Source of the DNA: Strigamia acuminata
Lineage: Eukaryota
Direction: 5' to 3'
NCBI GenBank assembly: GCA_949358305.1
Contig: OX442314.1
Location: forward strand, 3,782,001-3,846,000
DNA: 64,000 nucleotides
Shown here: positions 11,201-22,565 of the stretch, piece by piece
Numbering within the stretch: position 1 is the first letter of the stretch
How the letters are laid out: each line of letters begins with the position of its first letter
Made by a program: the position numbers and the translations under genes
Notes under the pieces: generated by a model
Database searches by the model: none
The model's input: the letters and a program-made list of their open reading frames with translations, nothing else
What the model was told of the DNA's origin: nothing

Positions 11201-11989
11201 CGTATTCCGTGGGATCCAAGGATTCCCGACGGAATTTTGGTTATTGACCCAAAAAATCCGCACTTGTATGTGCAGAAATTAGAAGCAATTATCGCGGAGA
11301 CTTATCAACATATGATGTCTCATGTTTTGGATTTAAGGCGTCGAGTCGAGGCCGAAAAATCAGACAAAAAATTCGATAATTTCAGACAAAATGATTTAGT
11401 CTGGAGAGAGTCACATATTCTCTCAAATGCCGCAAAAGGAATTTCTGCCGGTATTTCTCCGAAAAGAACAGGGCCATACGTAATTGTAAAAAGATTGCAA
11501 GGTGGCGCCTTTCAACTTCGTCGACTAGCTGATAATAAAAATTATCCAGCAGTCCACGGCACCGAATTACAGCCGTATTTTCCTAAATTCAACCAAGAAA
11601 TTTGGTTGGAAGGGGAAGAAGTAGGTCAAAAAACGAAAAACATCGTAAATACTTTGGATGACTCACAATTGTCCAAAATTCCTATTGACACGGAATCGAA
11701 TTCGATTGAAATATCGAAACCAAAAAATGACGAAGTCGCCCAAATCGATAAACAACTTGAAAATGTTTCTCTCGATGAAAATCTAGAAAAAGAAATATTT
11801 TTAGAAGATGAAACTTCATCAAAAAGTAAAGAAAACTCATCTGACACTCAAGGCGACTCAGATGACAATCTAAACAAACTGGATTGTTCTTCGAAGAAAT
11901 CAAAGTACAATTTGCGACCCCGCGTTCCGCGAGTCGCGAAATAACTTTTCTTTCACCTTTTGAAAGTTCCCAAAAGGTTCACGAGAGCA

Positions 11990-12235
11990 AACTCGTGACG
12001 TCATCAATAGTCCGCTATTCGATGACAACGTCTATAAGGCGTTATAAGGAATGACGTCATACGGCGTCCTCAAAACAAGTTCGTTTCCCCAATCAACGAA
12101 CTTAGCCACTTTTTCAAAGTAACTTGAACTGTAAGTAATTTCGATGATTGAGAAATTAATTTATTAGTATTAATGGTGCTAATTTTCTGTCAAGACGAGA
12201 GAATTCCACGTTTAGACAGAAAGCGTAAGCGTGAA
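11990..12235 (+). promoter_or_regulatory. Putative internal promoter and 5' UTR of Gypsy B accessory gene
   Basis: Two TGACGTCA palindromes (11996-12003, 12052-12059), TATAAGG twice, possible UTR intron GTAAGT 12131 to AG 12194. Confidence 0.45.
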
Positions 12236-15200
12236 ATGGCAGACGAAGAAGTCAATCTTCATCCCGATGATGAAATGCCGATGGACGAGGCAAACGGAGC
12301 CGTCCAGTTAACGCTCCAACAACGGGTAATTTATTAAAAATATTTTTACCAAGTGTTTCAGTCACGAAATTTGAGTGAAGTCAAGTTTTGTGACATCAAA
12401 CACGAGCCGCTCCAAGTTAAAAATGGCGGCTATAAAAGTCACGTGCTTCAAGCATGTGCGAAGGGAGTTGCCATAGCAACCAACATCCCTTAGTGGTTCA
12501 ACGCCACAAGCTTCAAGCTTAAATAATTACAAACAAGAAATTGTTTACTAATTATTAAATAAATTAATCAATTTTATTTATTTTTTCCTCTAGATTGAGA
12601 GAGATCGGGAGACGCCTGACGCGCTCCCGGATCACGTACCAACACAGCATCCGCTGATATTTCGGGCGGCGCTGCCCGAAAAGATCCGAAGACTCAAGAC
12701 GGATCGTAATACGTGGTGGAAGTTGCGCCATGAATTTTCGGGGGCCGCCCTTCAAGGATTCGGAGCCAAGGGCCGGTTCATCGACCGTCTTCGCGTCCCA
12801 GGTGTCGACGAAGTCACCTGGACCATGGAAGACAGCGCGCCAGGACAAGTCGCTTCAGACTTGCTGCACAACCAGTGGCCAGTAACGCCGCGAGAGCGTT
12901 ACGATCGCCGAAAGGTGATCAAGGGAGGCCGTATTAATTACGGCGCCCTTACCCAGTTGAGGAAGAACCTCAAAACGACCCGGAAGGAGGTCGTGCAACG
13001 GTACCGAAAGTCCGTTCGTGACGGGAAGCCGCAATTTCCCGCCACACAAACCGAGCTCCATCAATTGGCGCTCGCCGGGTGCTTTAACGACTTTCCGGGG
13101 TTTTTCCCGTCAAAAGCACTCCGAGCTGCCGCCGCGCTGCTCTTAGTCGATGAAAATCGACAGCTGACTCGACAACTCAAGGCAGATGAGCAAGCGCGTC
13201 TTGCTCTTCCGTTTTACCCGGCGGACGAAATTCCGGCCCCAACGCCGATCGTTTCTGCGCCGCAAGACGAAGATTTGAGGGTGGGACGACTCCCTCCCGC
13301 TGGATCGAGCACTGGACCGCAGCGACGTGAATCCAGCCGCGACCGAGAGGAGCGACAGAGGCGATCGCGCCCATACACCACGGACGCGCCTCCAAATCGT
13401 CCACCGTCGCGAAGAGGTCGAACTCCGGAGTCATTGTTCTCCTCGTCCTCCCAGAGCGTGGAATCCGACACGACTGTCAAGTCCGCGCGCAGTGGCAGAA
13501 CGGCGTCCACTTACAAAGTGGACAACCCCGCCACTCCATACGCAATGCGTCGTGTTATCGGTGATATCTCTCCCGACTTTAGCGTGCCTGTGCCAGGACA
13601 CGCTAGCCGCTTGCCGGAACATGGATATGTTGCCCGCTTGCCTGCCGGAGTTAGTAACTTACAGCTCCGGCTGTTTTTCAACGAGTCTTTCGGACCCCAG
13701 TGGACCTGCTACGAGCAGCAACCCATTAGAGCGCAGCAAGAAGTGCTCAAGAAGCTGGACGCCTACCAAAGCGCCCAGCTAGCCGAATCACAGAAGGATT
13801 GGCAGAGACTAGCCGAAAGGCTAGAACTCTCCGACATCAAAACCATTGATGATCCCCGTCTGATGGACTTTCAGCGTCAGCTGATTCCGGGGATGACCAG
13901 GGTGTTGTACCCTGGTGTTCTTCCTTCGCCAGGACAGGCGTTGGCGGCCATTACCTACCTGTGGACCGCCCCGATGGGCCTGTCGGAGGAAAAAGTCAAG
14001 TTGTGGTACCACATCCGACTTGACCCGCCTACGATTCTAGCCGAATTAATAAAGCAGATCGTAGCAAACGGCGAAACTGAAGAAGAAGCCGCCGTTCGAT
14101 TGAGGACCGAATGGTCATTTGCGAAGGCCACGGCGCAGCAAGCTCGAAGCATTCCGCCTCCCGCTACCTGCGCCACAGCAGCCGCATCGTTAGCTGCTTT
14201 CCAGTCGGCTCAAGAAGCGCCTGGATGTTCGTTTTGGACGGAGAACCGAAGAAGTTCTCAAACTCCATCCGGAGTTCAAGCGGTGACGATGCCCCGCATG
14301 CTCCCAGGTGCTGGTCGAGCCCAAGGACGAGGGAATTTGCCCTCGCCAACCTCCGCACTCGCGTTGGTTTTTGCTGGCTCGCCGAGCCAGTTCGATGACG
14401 TCGGAGATGAGGACTCACGTCCGCCGCCGCCGCCGCCGCCAGTCAAGCCAATGAAGAAGGAATCGGCCTTCAAAACGTTGATGCGGTTGTACCCGCATTT
14501 TTACTTAACGCCGGACACACGGACAATGTTAAGTAACAACAGTAAACTCTCGAGACGAGTGTTTATGTGGCTCGAGGACCACATCCGGGTATTAAGCCCG
14601 CCGTCCATGTTGGACTTTAGAACCACTTTTGAGTTATTTAAATCATTTTTCGATGTGAAATGGCTTTGAAACGTTTATTTTATCATTTATCGGTAATTGT
14701 TTCCATTTTCCTGGGTTATTCAGTGTTTATTTAGTGTTTTCATGCTTGTTTGTCAGGAGAATGCATGATACCGGGTTAAATGTACTCAATACATTAGGTT
14801 TCATGCATCCTCTATCTTGTTCTTATGCTTTTCATTATTATTGTTTATAATATCGGCCACCAGATGTCTCTGGCACATTACAAATGGCCGCTCACACGGG
14901 TAGTGTGTTTCCTTGTGTTTGTCCAGTGATTCTGGACCCATTATGTAAGTTTTCTCTTAATAAATGTTATATTTTTGGTTAACTATTGTATTTAGTTCGG
15001 CACTACACGTTTCTATAAGTGTAGTGCACGCGAATTTGATCGTAAGTCCGCTCAAACTCGCGTACGCGCATCACGCGCATTTGTCCGCACTTAGAAGTGC
15101 GTTTGACTCAGTTTTACGCTTCCTATCGCCTATTTCGGCGATATTTTTGCGCCACACAGCTACAAGTGGTAGCAGAGGCCTGGAAAGCCACCAGTGCCTC

Positions 15201-18200
15201 GTTTTTCCATTAATTTTCCGTGAATTTCGCGATTTTTCGCGATTTTTGCGAAAAAAAATTTTTTTTTCAGATTTTCGACGATTTCCGGCAGTCAACAACG
15301 TCTTTATGACGTTCACAACCCCGGAGTGCGGTCGTAATCGTCGATTTTTGAATTTTTTCAACCTTTTTTCGTGTTTTTCGAGTTAAAAACACTGTTTTTT
15401 TGTGTTTTTCGACTTAACACTGGAAAAAAAAGCAAATTTCCAAACATTTTTAAGTTGAAAATTTATATGGAAAAGTTGAATTTACTACGATGAGGAAATT
15501 TGTTGGAAATATGTTGGAAATGATTACATATTTCCAAACTTCTGGAAATGTGTAGTAAATCTAGAGATGAAAACTAATATTTCCAATAAGTTGTAAATCT
15601 TTTGTTCAAAGTGTTATGTTTCCAATCAGTTTTCTTTAAGTTGGAAATGTGTTGTAAATGTATGAAATGAAAATATGTCATTTCACAGTGATTATAAAAA
15701 TAATGTAAAGGCAAGAAAATGCATGAAATTTAAAGGTAACATTTAAACACATGAAATGTAACAGGCACAAGGTAAAATACAGTCAGGAACATGAAAATTG
15801 TATCAATTTTGAACTCTGAACAGAAAATAATGCCTAAAACGAACCAATTTCGAACGTGTGGGCACAATATGGAAACGACCAATCAGGGCGCAGGGACGAA
15901 AAAATACGTGTTTCGTCGATGAAACGTACCGTCGTTAATGAAACAAACAACCGGCTCGCACACTTAAAATACAATATATCTCAAACAATAAATACCAAAT
16001 TGACTGTTAGAGAATTCAAATCAAAACCATTTAACAAAGATTTAGCTATATAACTTATGGGAAGTTACACATTTAATTATCACAAGTCATGCTAGCCTAG
16101 TGGATAGGGTAGTGGTCTTTAGAACAAAGAGTTCCAGGTTCGATTCCAGCAGAGGTCAAGGTAAGAAAACTATAAGATTAAAATAAATTTAAATAAAACT
16201 GTTAATAAAACATGCAAATTGTGATCTAATCAATGAAAACTAATTGTTGAATGGTGTTTGAAAAAAAAAAATCAAACTGCTTAAAAAAAAAATTGAGTTT
16301 GTGTATTTAAATTTTTCAAAATGGAGGGTAGTAGATTTTTTTATTGGAAATATATTGGAAATATATTGGAAATTTATAGGAAATATATTGTGAAATTTCA
16401 AATTTTCACAATTGAAAATGTTTGTAAAGTTATTGTAAAAAAAGTCACGGAAATGGTCTCTTTCCAGATTGTAAATATGTTTGGAAAAGACTTATTTTCA
16501 ATTGTTTGTAAATCTAATTTACAAACTTGTAAAATCCATCTACCTATATATTTACAATTCTTTACAAGTGAGTAAATCTGATTTTTTTTCCAGTGTAAAA
16601 ACACTGCTTTTTGTGCATTTATTGTGCAAGATAGCGACAATTGACCTAGGAAAGGTCTTGTTCTTTTTTTTTCCCTCTAATTTTTCGTGAATTTCGCGAT
16701 TTTTCGCGATTTTTGCGGAAATTTCATTTATTTTCAGATTTTTTCGCCGATTTTCATCATTTGTCACGTTCCGACAACGTCTGAGCGACGTTTTCATCCA
16801 GAAACGGGCATAACCCGCTGTCTGCACCCCGGAGTGCGACAGTATCGGCGATTTTCGAGAAGTTTTTCCCGGTTTTCAAAATCGGTCGGCGATCTTTTGA
16901 AGAATTCCGCATTTTTTATGCGCGGTGTGCACAGGGACGTCTGTGCATACAGATTCACCAACTTCTCCTTCTTTTTATTTCAGATTTCGAATTTATTTGT
17001 TAATTTTAAGTTTTTGGAGTGGGTCCCGATTAGTATCGGCACAGCCCTTCGGACATTCCGTCCAAGCTGTGCTTGTATTCTTAGACAAGGCTGAGCCCTG
17101 CGCCACCTAACATTCCCGCGGCCCCAGGTGGTCATAAAGGACGTTAGGGGGACACTTGTCTAAGGTTCTTAGCCAATTTTAGCATTGGCTCCCCGTCGAG
17201 GTTTTTCCGCTTCTAACAACGTTTAGTGAAGTGCTTCGAGTGAAAAGTGCTCCGATTACGTCTTTAGTGCCTCGAGTGTTTATGCGTGCTCATTATCGCC
17301 ATTATCTCCGATTTTCCTCCGGAAAAATGCAGACAGCAAGAGCCAACTTGAATTGGAATCGGTACACGAAGGAAACATCGGCTTTTGCTATGGACAATCG
17401 TGGATGCAATCAATCCCGACCTCCTCGTCCGATTTCGATGGTTCGCTGTTTTAATTGCGGCTTTTTCGGCCACTACGCGAATAAGTGCCCCCGCCCTCGC
17501 AAACAGGGCAAGGAACCGCAACCGGTCGCGTCTCAACAAGGCCGACCCCGCAGTAAGAGCAAACGACGGCAGAATAACAGTTCGCAGCAATCCGGTGGTC
17601 AAAACCGTGATGTTTCTCGTCCCCGAAGGGACGCCGCTTACCTGTTGTCGGCTCCACCGGTGATCGAAGCTCCGGTTGTACATTTTCTCCAGTCCCACGA
17701 ATGGATTGTCGATTGTGGGGCCACCGACCACGTTTCGCACGTCAAAGCGTGGTTTACGAACTTTGTTTCCGTTGTCCCGTTCAACATCGAGTTAGGCCAG
17801 GGCAGTTCGAGGGTCACAGGCAAAGGTGACGTTCCGGTCAAGTCGCTCATCGATGGCTGCGAATGCACCGTATTGCTCCGCGACGTCTTATTCGCACCTG
17901 ACTTCGGCGCAAATCTTATCTCGGTTTCTCGGATTGATAAATGCGGACATCACATCCACATTCACAACTCGGAATTGCATACGTATGAAACGGACATCAA
18001 ACTAAGTGTTCTTCGGGCGAAACAGAAGTCTGGACTTTATTTCGTGGATGGGCTCATCTCGCCATTCGCCGCTCCGACTAATGTTTCGAGTTCGTCTGTT
18101 TCATCATCACTTCCGACTCCGACACCGACCACTCTAGTGACGAAGGAAGAGGACTTTCCCGCATTGCCCAAGTCTTCCAACAAGACTAAGAAGAAGTCGG

Positions 18201-21200
18201 CTGACAATATGACCGATTTCCGCTTGCCCGTCTCCTCCAACACCTTGCTTGTCCCTTCACTTTTCCCTACCAGTCCTGCTCCTATTCCCGGATCCCAACC
18301 TCAACAGATCCGGATGTATTCCAATGCCCTCACATCTCCTCCTCCCGTTGCCAAGTCAAACGCAGCATTACCTCCCAAACCAGTTAATCCTTCGGTTGCC
18401 AACGTCGCAGACGCCACGGGATTGTGGCACGGCAGGCTGGGTCACCTGCATACGAAGGCCATGCGGACTTTAGCGGCTAACTCCCAGGTTTATGGGCTTG
18501 ATCCAGCTGCTGTTCGCCAGGAACTTTCCTGCAACACGTGCCGTGTTGCCAAGTCCACGCGTGCTCCACATAAGCCAATTTCCGCGCCTTCAACCACGAA
18601 ACCGCTTGAATTGCTTCACATGGACGTCTGGGGCCCGTCGAGACTGCCTTCCATCGGCGGTGCTAATTTTGCCTTCACCATTATCGATGACGCCACCAGG
18701 TACGCCTGGCTTTTCCCGATCGCCCGTAAATCTGATGTTTTTGCTACGTTTAAAGACTTTGTTTCTCGCGTTGAACGTATTGCTGATTGCCGAATTAAAA
18801 CAATTCGCACCGACCGTGGAGGAGAATTCATTTCGAGGGATTTTGACCGTTTTCTTGCCGACAAGGGTATTGTTGCTCAACGGACCAATCCCGCATCGCC
18901 ACAGATGAACGGTGTCGCCGAACGCCTGAACCGGACAATGGGCGACTATCTCCGCTCCATCAACTCCGAAACCGGATTTTCGCACACGCTTTGGGCTGAA
19001 CTTGCCGTGACGTTCACATATATCAAAAACCGCAGTCCGCATTCGAAGCTCAACGACGAAATCCCATACATTTTGTGGCGCCAGCGTGCTCTTTCCGTCA
19101 GACATTTTCGTAAGATTGGTTCCAAGTGCTGGGTACACTTCACCGCACCTGGACGCAACAAACTGGATCCTCGAGCGTGGGAAGGATTTCTCGTTGGCTA
19201 CGCTTCGGGAACTCGAGGGTATCGAGTGTGGAATCCGGCTACGAACACCGTCACCGAATCTGTTCACGTCCAAATCGATGAACGGCAGAACTTTAAGCGC
19301 TCGCCCTTTTATGTTCCAGATCCGGATGACAATGCTCCACCCATGGAGGAGCCTGCTCGTGGCCACACCCCGTCACGTGTCACTTTTCGTGATAACTTTC
19401 CAACTCAGCCTTGGCCTCGTCGACGTCACGATTCGGATAACGACTCTTCTGCTGACAGCAGTGACGAGGATGGTATTGCCAGTCGTGCTCCCTCCGTCGC
19501 TTCGAGTGCTCCGTCTTTCGCTTCATTCGCACCATCTCTTCCTGCAGCTGATGGTCTCATCGCCGCTGCTGACGGCTTAGCTGCTACGACTGATGGCTCT
19601 GTTACCGACGCTGATGGCTCTGTTACCGTCGCTGATGGCTCCGATAATGTTACGACCATTGCAGGACATGGACAATTTACTCCGACCGTACGTTTCACCC
19701 GCTTGTCTCATCTACGGCGTTCGATGTCCTACCCATCTCTCCCGGGTCTTGACGACACCGCAGCGATGTCTGAACAGGGTTCAGATTTTGACGAAGACCT
19801 TCTCGACGAAGCGGCTGCCTTGCCTGTCCGACTTCCGGGTACGCCTAATTTGGCGCCTTTACGCGCTCTTCATTGCCCTTGGAGTTTTGTTGGCGGCGTT
19901 TCGCCCTTCAGCGGATGGAGGAGAGAAGAGCATCTCCGGAAAGATCAGGTTCCGGGGAGGATTAAAGTGGACGTTTATTATTATCCGGAGCACGGTGTCC
20001 GCTTGCGGTCGCACACAGATATCGCCGCTTATTGTTTCGCACACCGGATACCGTATGATGAGTCCGTTTTCTTCTTCGGCAATTTAGAACACCACATGCC
20101 ATATGCTCCGCCATCGCCTCCTCGTGTCCACATGTGTTTTCGGGAACCGGCCACATACGCCGAAGCTGTGAAATTGCCCGAAGCACCAAAATGGACCGAA
20201 GCAATCGACGAGGAACTTTCGACTTTCAAGCAACGAGACGTTTATAAGGAGGTTCCGAGACCCCCTGACAAGACTGTGCTCGGTTGCAAATGGATTTTTA
20301 AGTTCAAAAGTGACATTACCGGAAAGATTACCCGATATCGTGCTCGACTGGTCGCCCAAGGATTTTGGCAGACAATGGGCGTTGACTACGATGAAGTTTT
20401 TAGTCCCGTAGTCAATTTTGTCCTAATCCGTTTCTTCTTTTGTCTGCTGGTTATTCTCCTCGGATGGAGGAACACGCACCTCGACGTGAAATGTGCCTAC
20501 CTCTACGGCGACCTTGACCACGAGATTTATATGCGGATTCCCGCTGGTGCCACATGTTCCTCGCCCGACAACGTATGGTTGTTGACCAAGTCGCTTTACG
20601 GTCTTCACCAGTCGGGGCGCATGTGGTACCAGAAACTTAATGAAACATTGACAAAACTTGGATTTCAAAAGTTTCCAGCATGTAATTGTGTGTACGCCTA
20701 CGGACATTCGGCCATTATGCTGGTATACGTCGACGATATTGTTTTATTTTATGCTTCGGAAAACATCAGGGATCGAATACTCAAGCTGATCACGGGGCCA
20801 ATCACCAAACTGCTGGGAGTCGAGTTCGAGCGTCGTGACGGGAAAGTCTTTATGACTCAACGCAATTACATTGACAAACTCCTCAAAAAGTTTAATGTTT
20901 CATCTGACGCGCTCATCAAGGTGCCAGTCACACCTGGGACCACGTTAGTCAAGGGACCGCTCACCGACCTTCCGGATTTTCCGTATCGATCACTCGTCGG
21001 ATCTTTATTGTTCCTGGCTTCACGTACTCGCCCCGACATTTTGTACTCGGTGATCGCATTATCGCAGTACAACAACTGCTACACCGAGAGCCATATCAAG
21101 TGTTTGCTGCAGGTCCTTCGTTACGTCGCGAACACGAGCGAGTACGCCATCGAACTTTCGAAATGCGATTCGAGTCAACTGTGGGGTTGCACAGACGCCT

Positions 21201-22513
21201 CTTGGGCCTCCGACATCGCTACATCGAGATCATTCGGCGGATACATTGTTTACATCGGAAGTGTGCCCATTGGCTGGAACTGCAAGAAGCAGACCAGCGT
21301 CGCTTGCTCCACAATGGAAGCCGAATTTGTGGCACTTGTCGAAATCGTCAAAGAACTCTATTGGCTCGACAGTATTTATCAAGTGTTTCCACCTTTACGT
21401 CGATTATCGAAACCGATCATATTTTCCGATGCCCTCGCCTCGATTCAGTTCACGAACAACGACATCGAGAACTCGAAAACGAAACATATTCGAGTGAAGT
21501 TTCACTGGCTTCGTGAGTGGCACATTGCCGGATGTTTCGAACTCCGCAAAATTCCGGGTGAGATAAATGTATCCGACATTTTCACCAAGTGGCTCAGTTC
21601 AGAGCGTCTTTGAAATTTATTATCTCGGATTTTCGTCTCGAAGTAACTTTTTTTCGATTGTTTAGCACCGACATTTTACATCGAAGGAGGGAATTGTTGG
21701 ACTTTAGAATCACTTTTGAGTTATTTAAATCATTTTTCGATGTGAAATGGCTTTGAAACGTTTATTTTATCATTTATCGGTAATTGTTTCCATTTTCCTG
21801 GGTTATTCAGTGTTTATTTAGTGTTTTCATGCTTGTTTGTCAGGAGAATGCATGATACCGGGTTAAATGTACTCAATACATTAGGTTTCATGCATCCTCT
21901 ATCTTGTTCTTATGCTTTTCATTATTATTGTTTATAATATCGGCCACCAGATGTCTCTGGCACATTACAAATGGCCGCTCACACGGGTAGTGTGTTTCCT
22001 TGTGTTTGTCCAGTGATTCTGGACCCATTATGTAAGTTTTCTCTTAATAAATGTTATATTTTTGGTTAACTATTGTATTTAGTTCGGCACTACACGTTTC
22101 TATAAGTGTAGTGCACGCGAATTTGATCGTAAGTCCGCTCAAACTCGCGTACGCGCATCACGCGCATTTGTCCGCACTTAGAAGTGCGTTTGACTCAGTT
22201 TTACGCTTCCTATCGCCTATTTCGGCGATATTTTTGCGCCACACAGCTACAGTCCATTCTCCATGATCGGCTCCTGAGGGCACGATTAGCGCCGACGAAT
22301 CCAATCGAGTTTGCGGCCATGGGATTCTTCAATCCCGCTAATTCTTTGAGAATCCTCCAGGTTTGGCTTCACGTCAACCCTGGAATGGTCTCCGGACCAA
22401 ACGCAGGTCGCGACCTGTGTATCGTCAACGAGCGATCAGATCCGCGAAACAACGCCACGGACATGATGCGCCCGTCGACGCCTGAGAAGAGTCAGGGCAT
22501 GGACGAATCTTAA
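12236..22513 (+). CDS. Spliced accessory protein (ORF3) of Gypsy B, ~786 aa, unknown function; exon 12236-12325 plus 12594-14607 and 22257-22513, interrupted by Copia-1
   Basis: 90-nt acidic first exon, phase-0 intron GTAATT...TTTTTTCCTCTAG; frame restored exactly when Copia-1 plus one TSD is removed; several blocks align with Gypsy C ORF3. Confidence 0.8.
15418..16595. mobile_element. Non-autonomous CACTA/CMC-like DNA transposon in Copia-1 5' UTR
   Basis: TIR CACTGGAAAAAAA / TTTTTTTCCAGTG; TAA on both sides; AT-rich with TTGGAAAT/TTGTAAAT subterminal repeats. Confidence 0.8.
16086..16157 (+). other. tRNA-derived (SINE head-like) Pol III promoter sequence
   Basis: A box TAGCCTAGTGG (16093-16103) and B box GGTTCGATTCC (16137-16147) at tRNA spacing; acceptor stem does not pair properly. 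Confidence 0.6.
17327..21613 (+). pseudogene. Copia-1 gag-pol polyprotein (ZnK, PR, GAG-pre-IN, IN, MBD-like, RT, RH) with capsid region missing
   Basis: CFNCGFFGHYANKC, WIVDCGAT, WHGRLGH, IRTDRGGEF, YVDDI, TDASW; versus Copia-2 it lacks ~190 aa of gag and 8 aa in RT and has a premature TGA near the end. Confidence 0.9.
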
Positions 22514-22565
22514 ATTGGATTCGTTCATTTCTCTCCATGTAAGATTCGTCTTAAATGGGGGGATG

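Larger units (their letters stand above)
7028..11944 (+). pseudogene. pol: Gypsy B pol (PR, RT, RNase H, IN), broken by a MITE at 7607-8268 and a 2-nt frameshift at ~10779
   Basis: LDSGA, YLDDII, HTDAS, ADALSR, HHCC, ISDNG, NPVERTN motifs; removing the MITE plus one TSD restores frame (EEVTPD-GTIHL); alignment to Gypsy C pol shows 2 extra nt after GPKP. Confidence 0.93.
14608..22251 (+). mobile_element. Copia-1 LTR retrotransposon with MBD-like domain, defective
   Basis: 557-bp LTRs 14608-15164 and 21695-22251; 5-bp TSD GTCCA; PBS TGGTAGCAGAGG (iMet) at 15167; PPT GAAGGAGGGAA. Confidence 0.97.

Noticed and set aside
14608..14669. C-terminus of the 648-aa ORF (MLDFRTTF..)
   Set aside because: Copia-1 LTR sequence; the true ORF continues at 22257
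16086..16157. Functional tRNA gene
   Set aside because: A and B boxes present but the acceptor stem does not pair; lies inside a transposon
12236..22513. ORF3 as an envelope gene
   Set aside because: No signal peptide, fusion peptide or transmembrane anchor visible; largely disordered and basic
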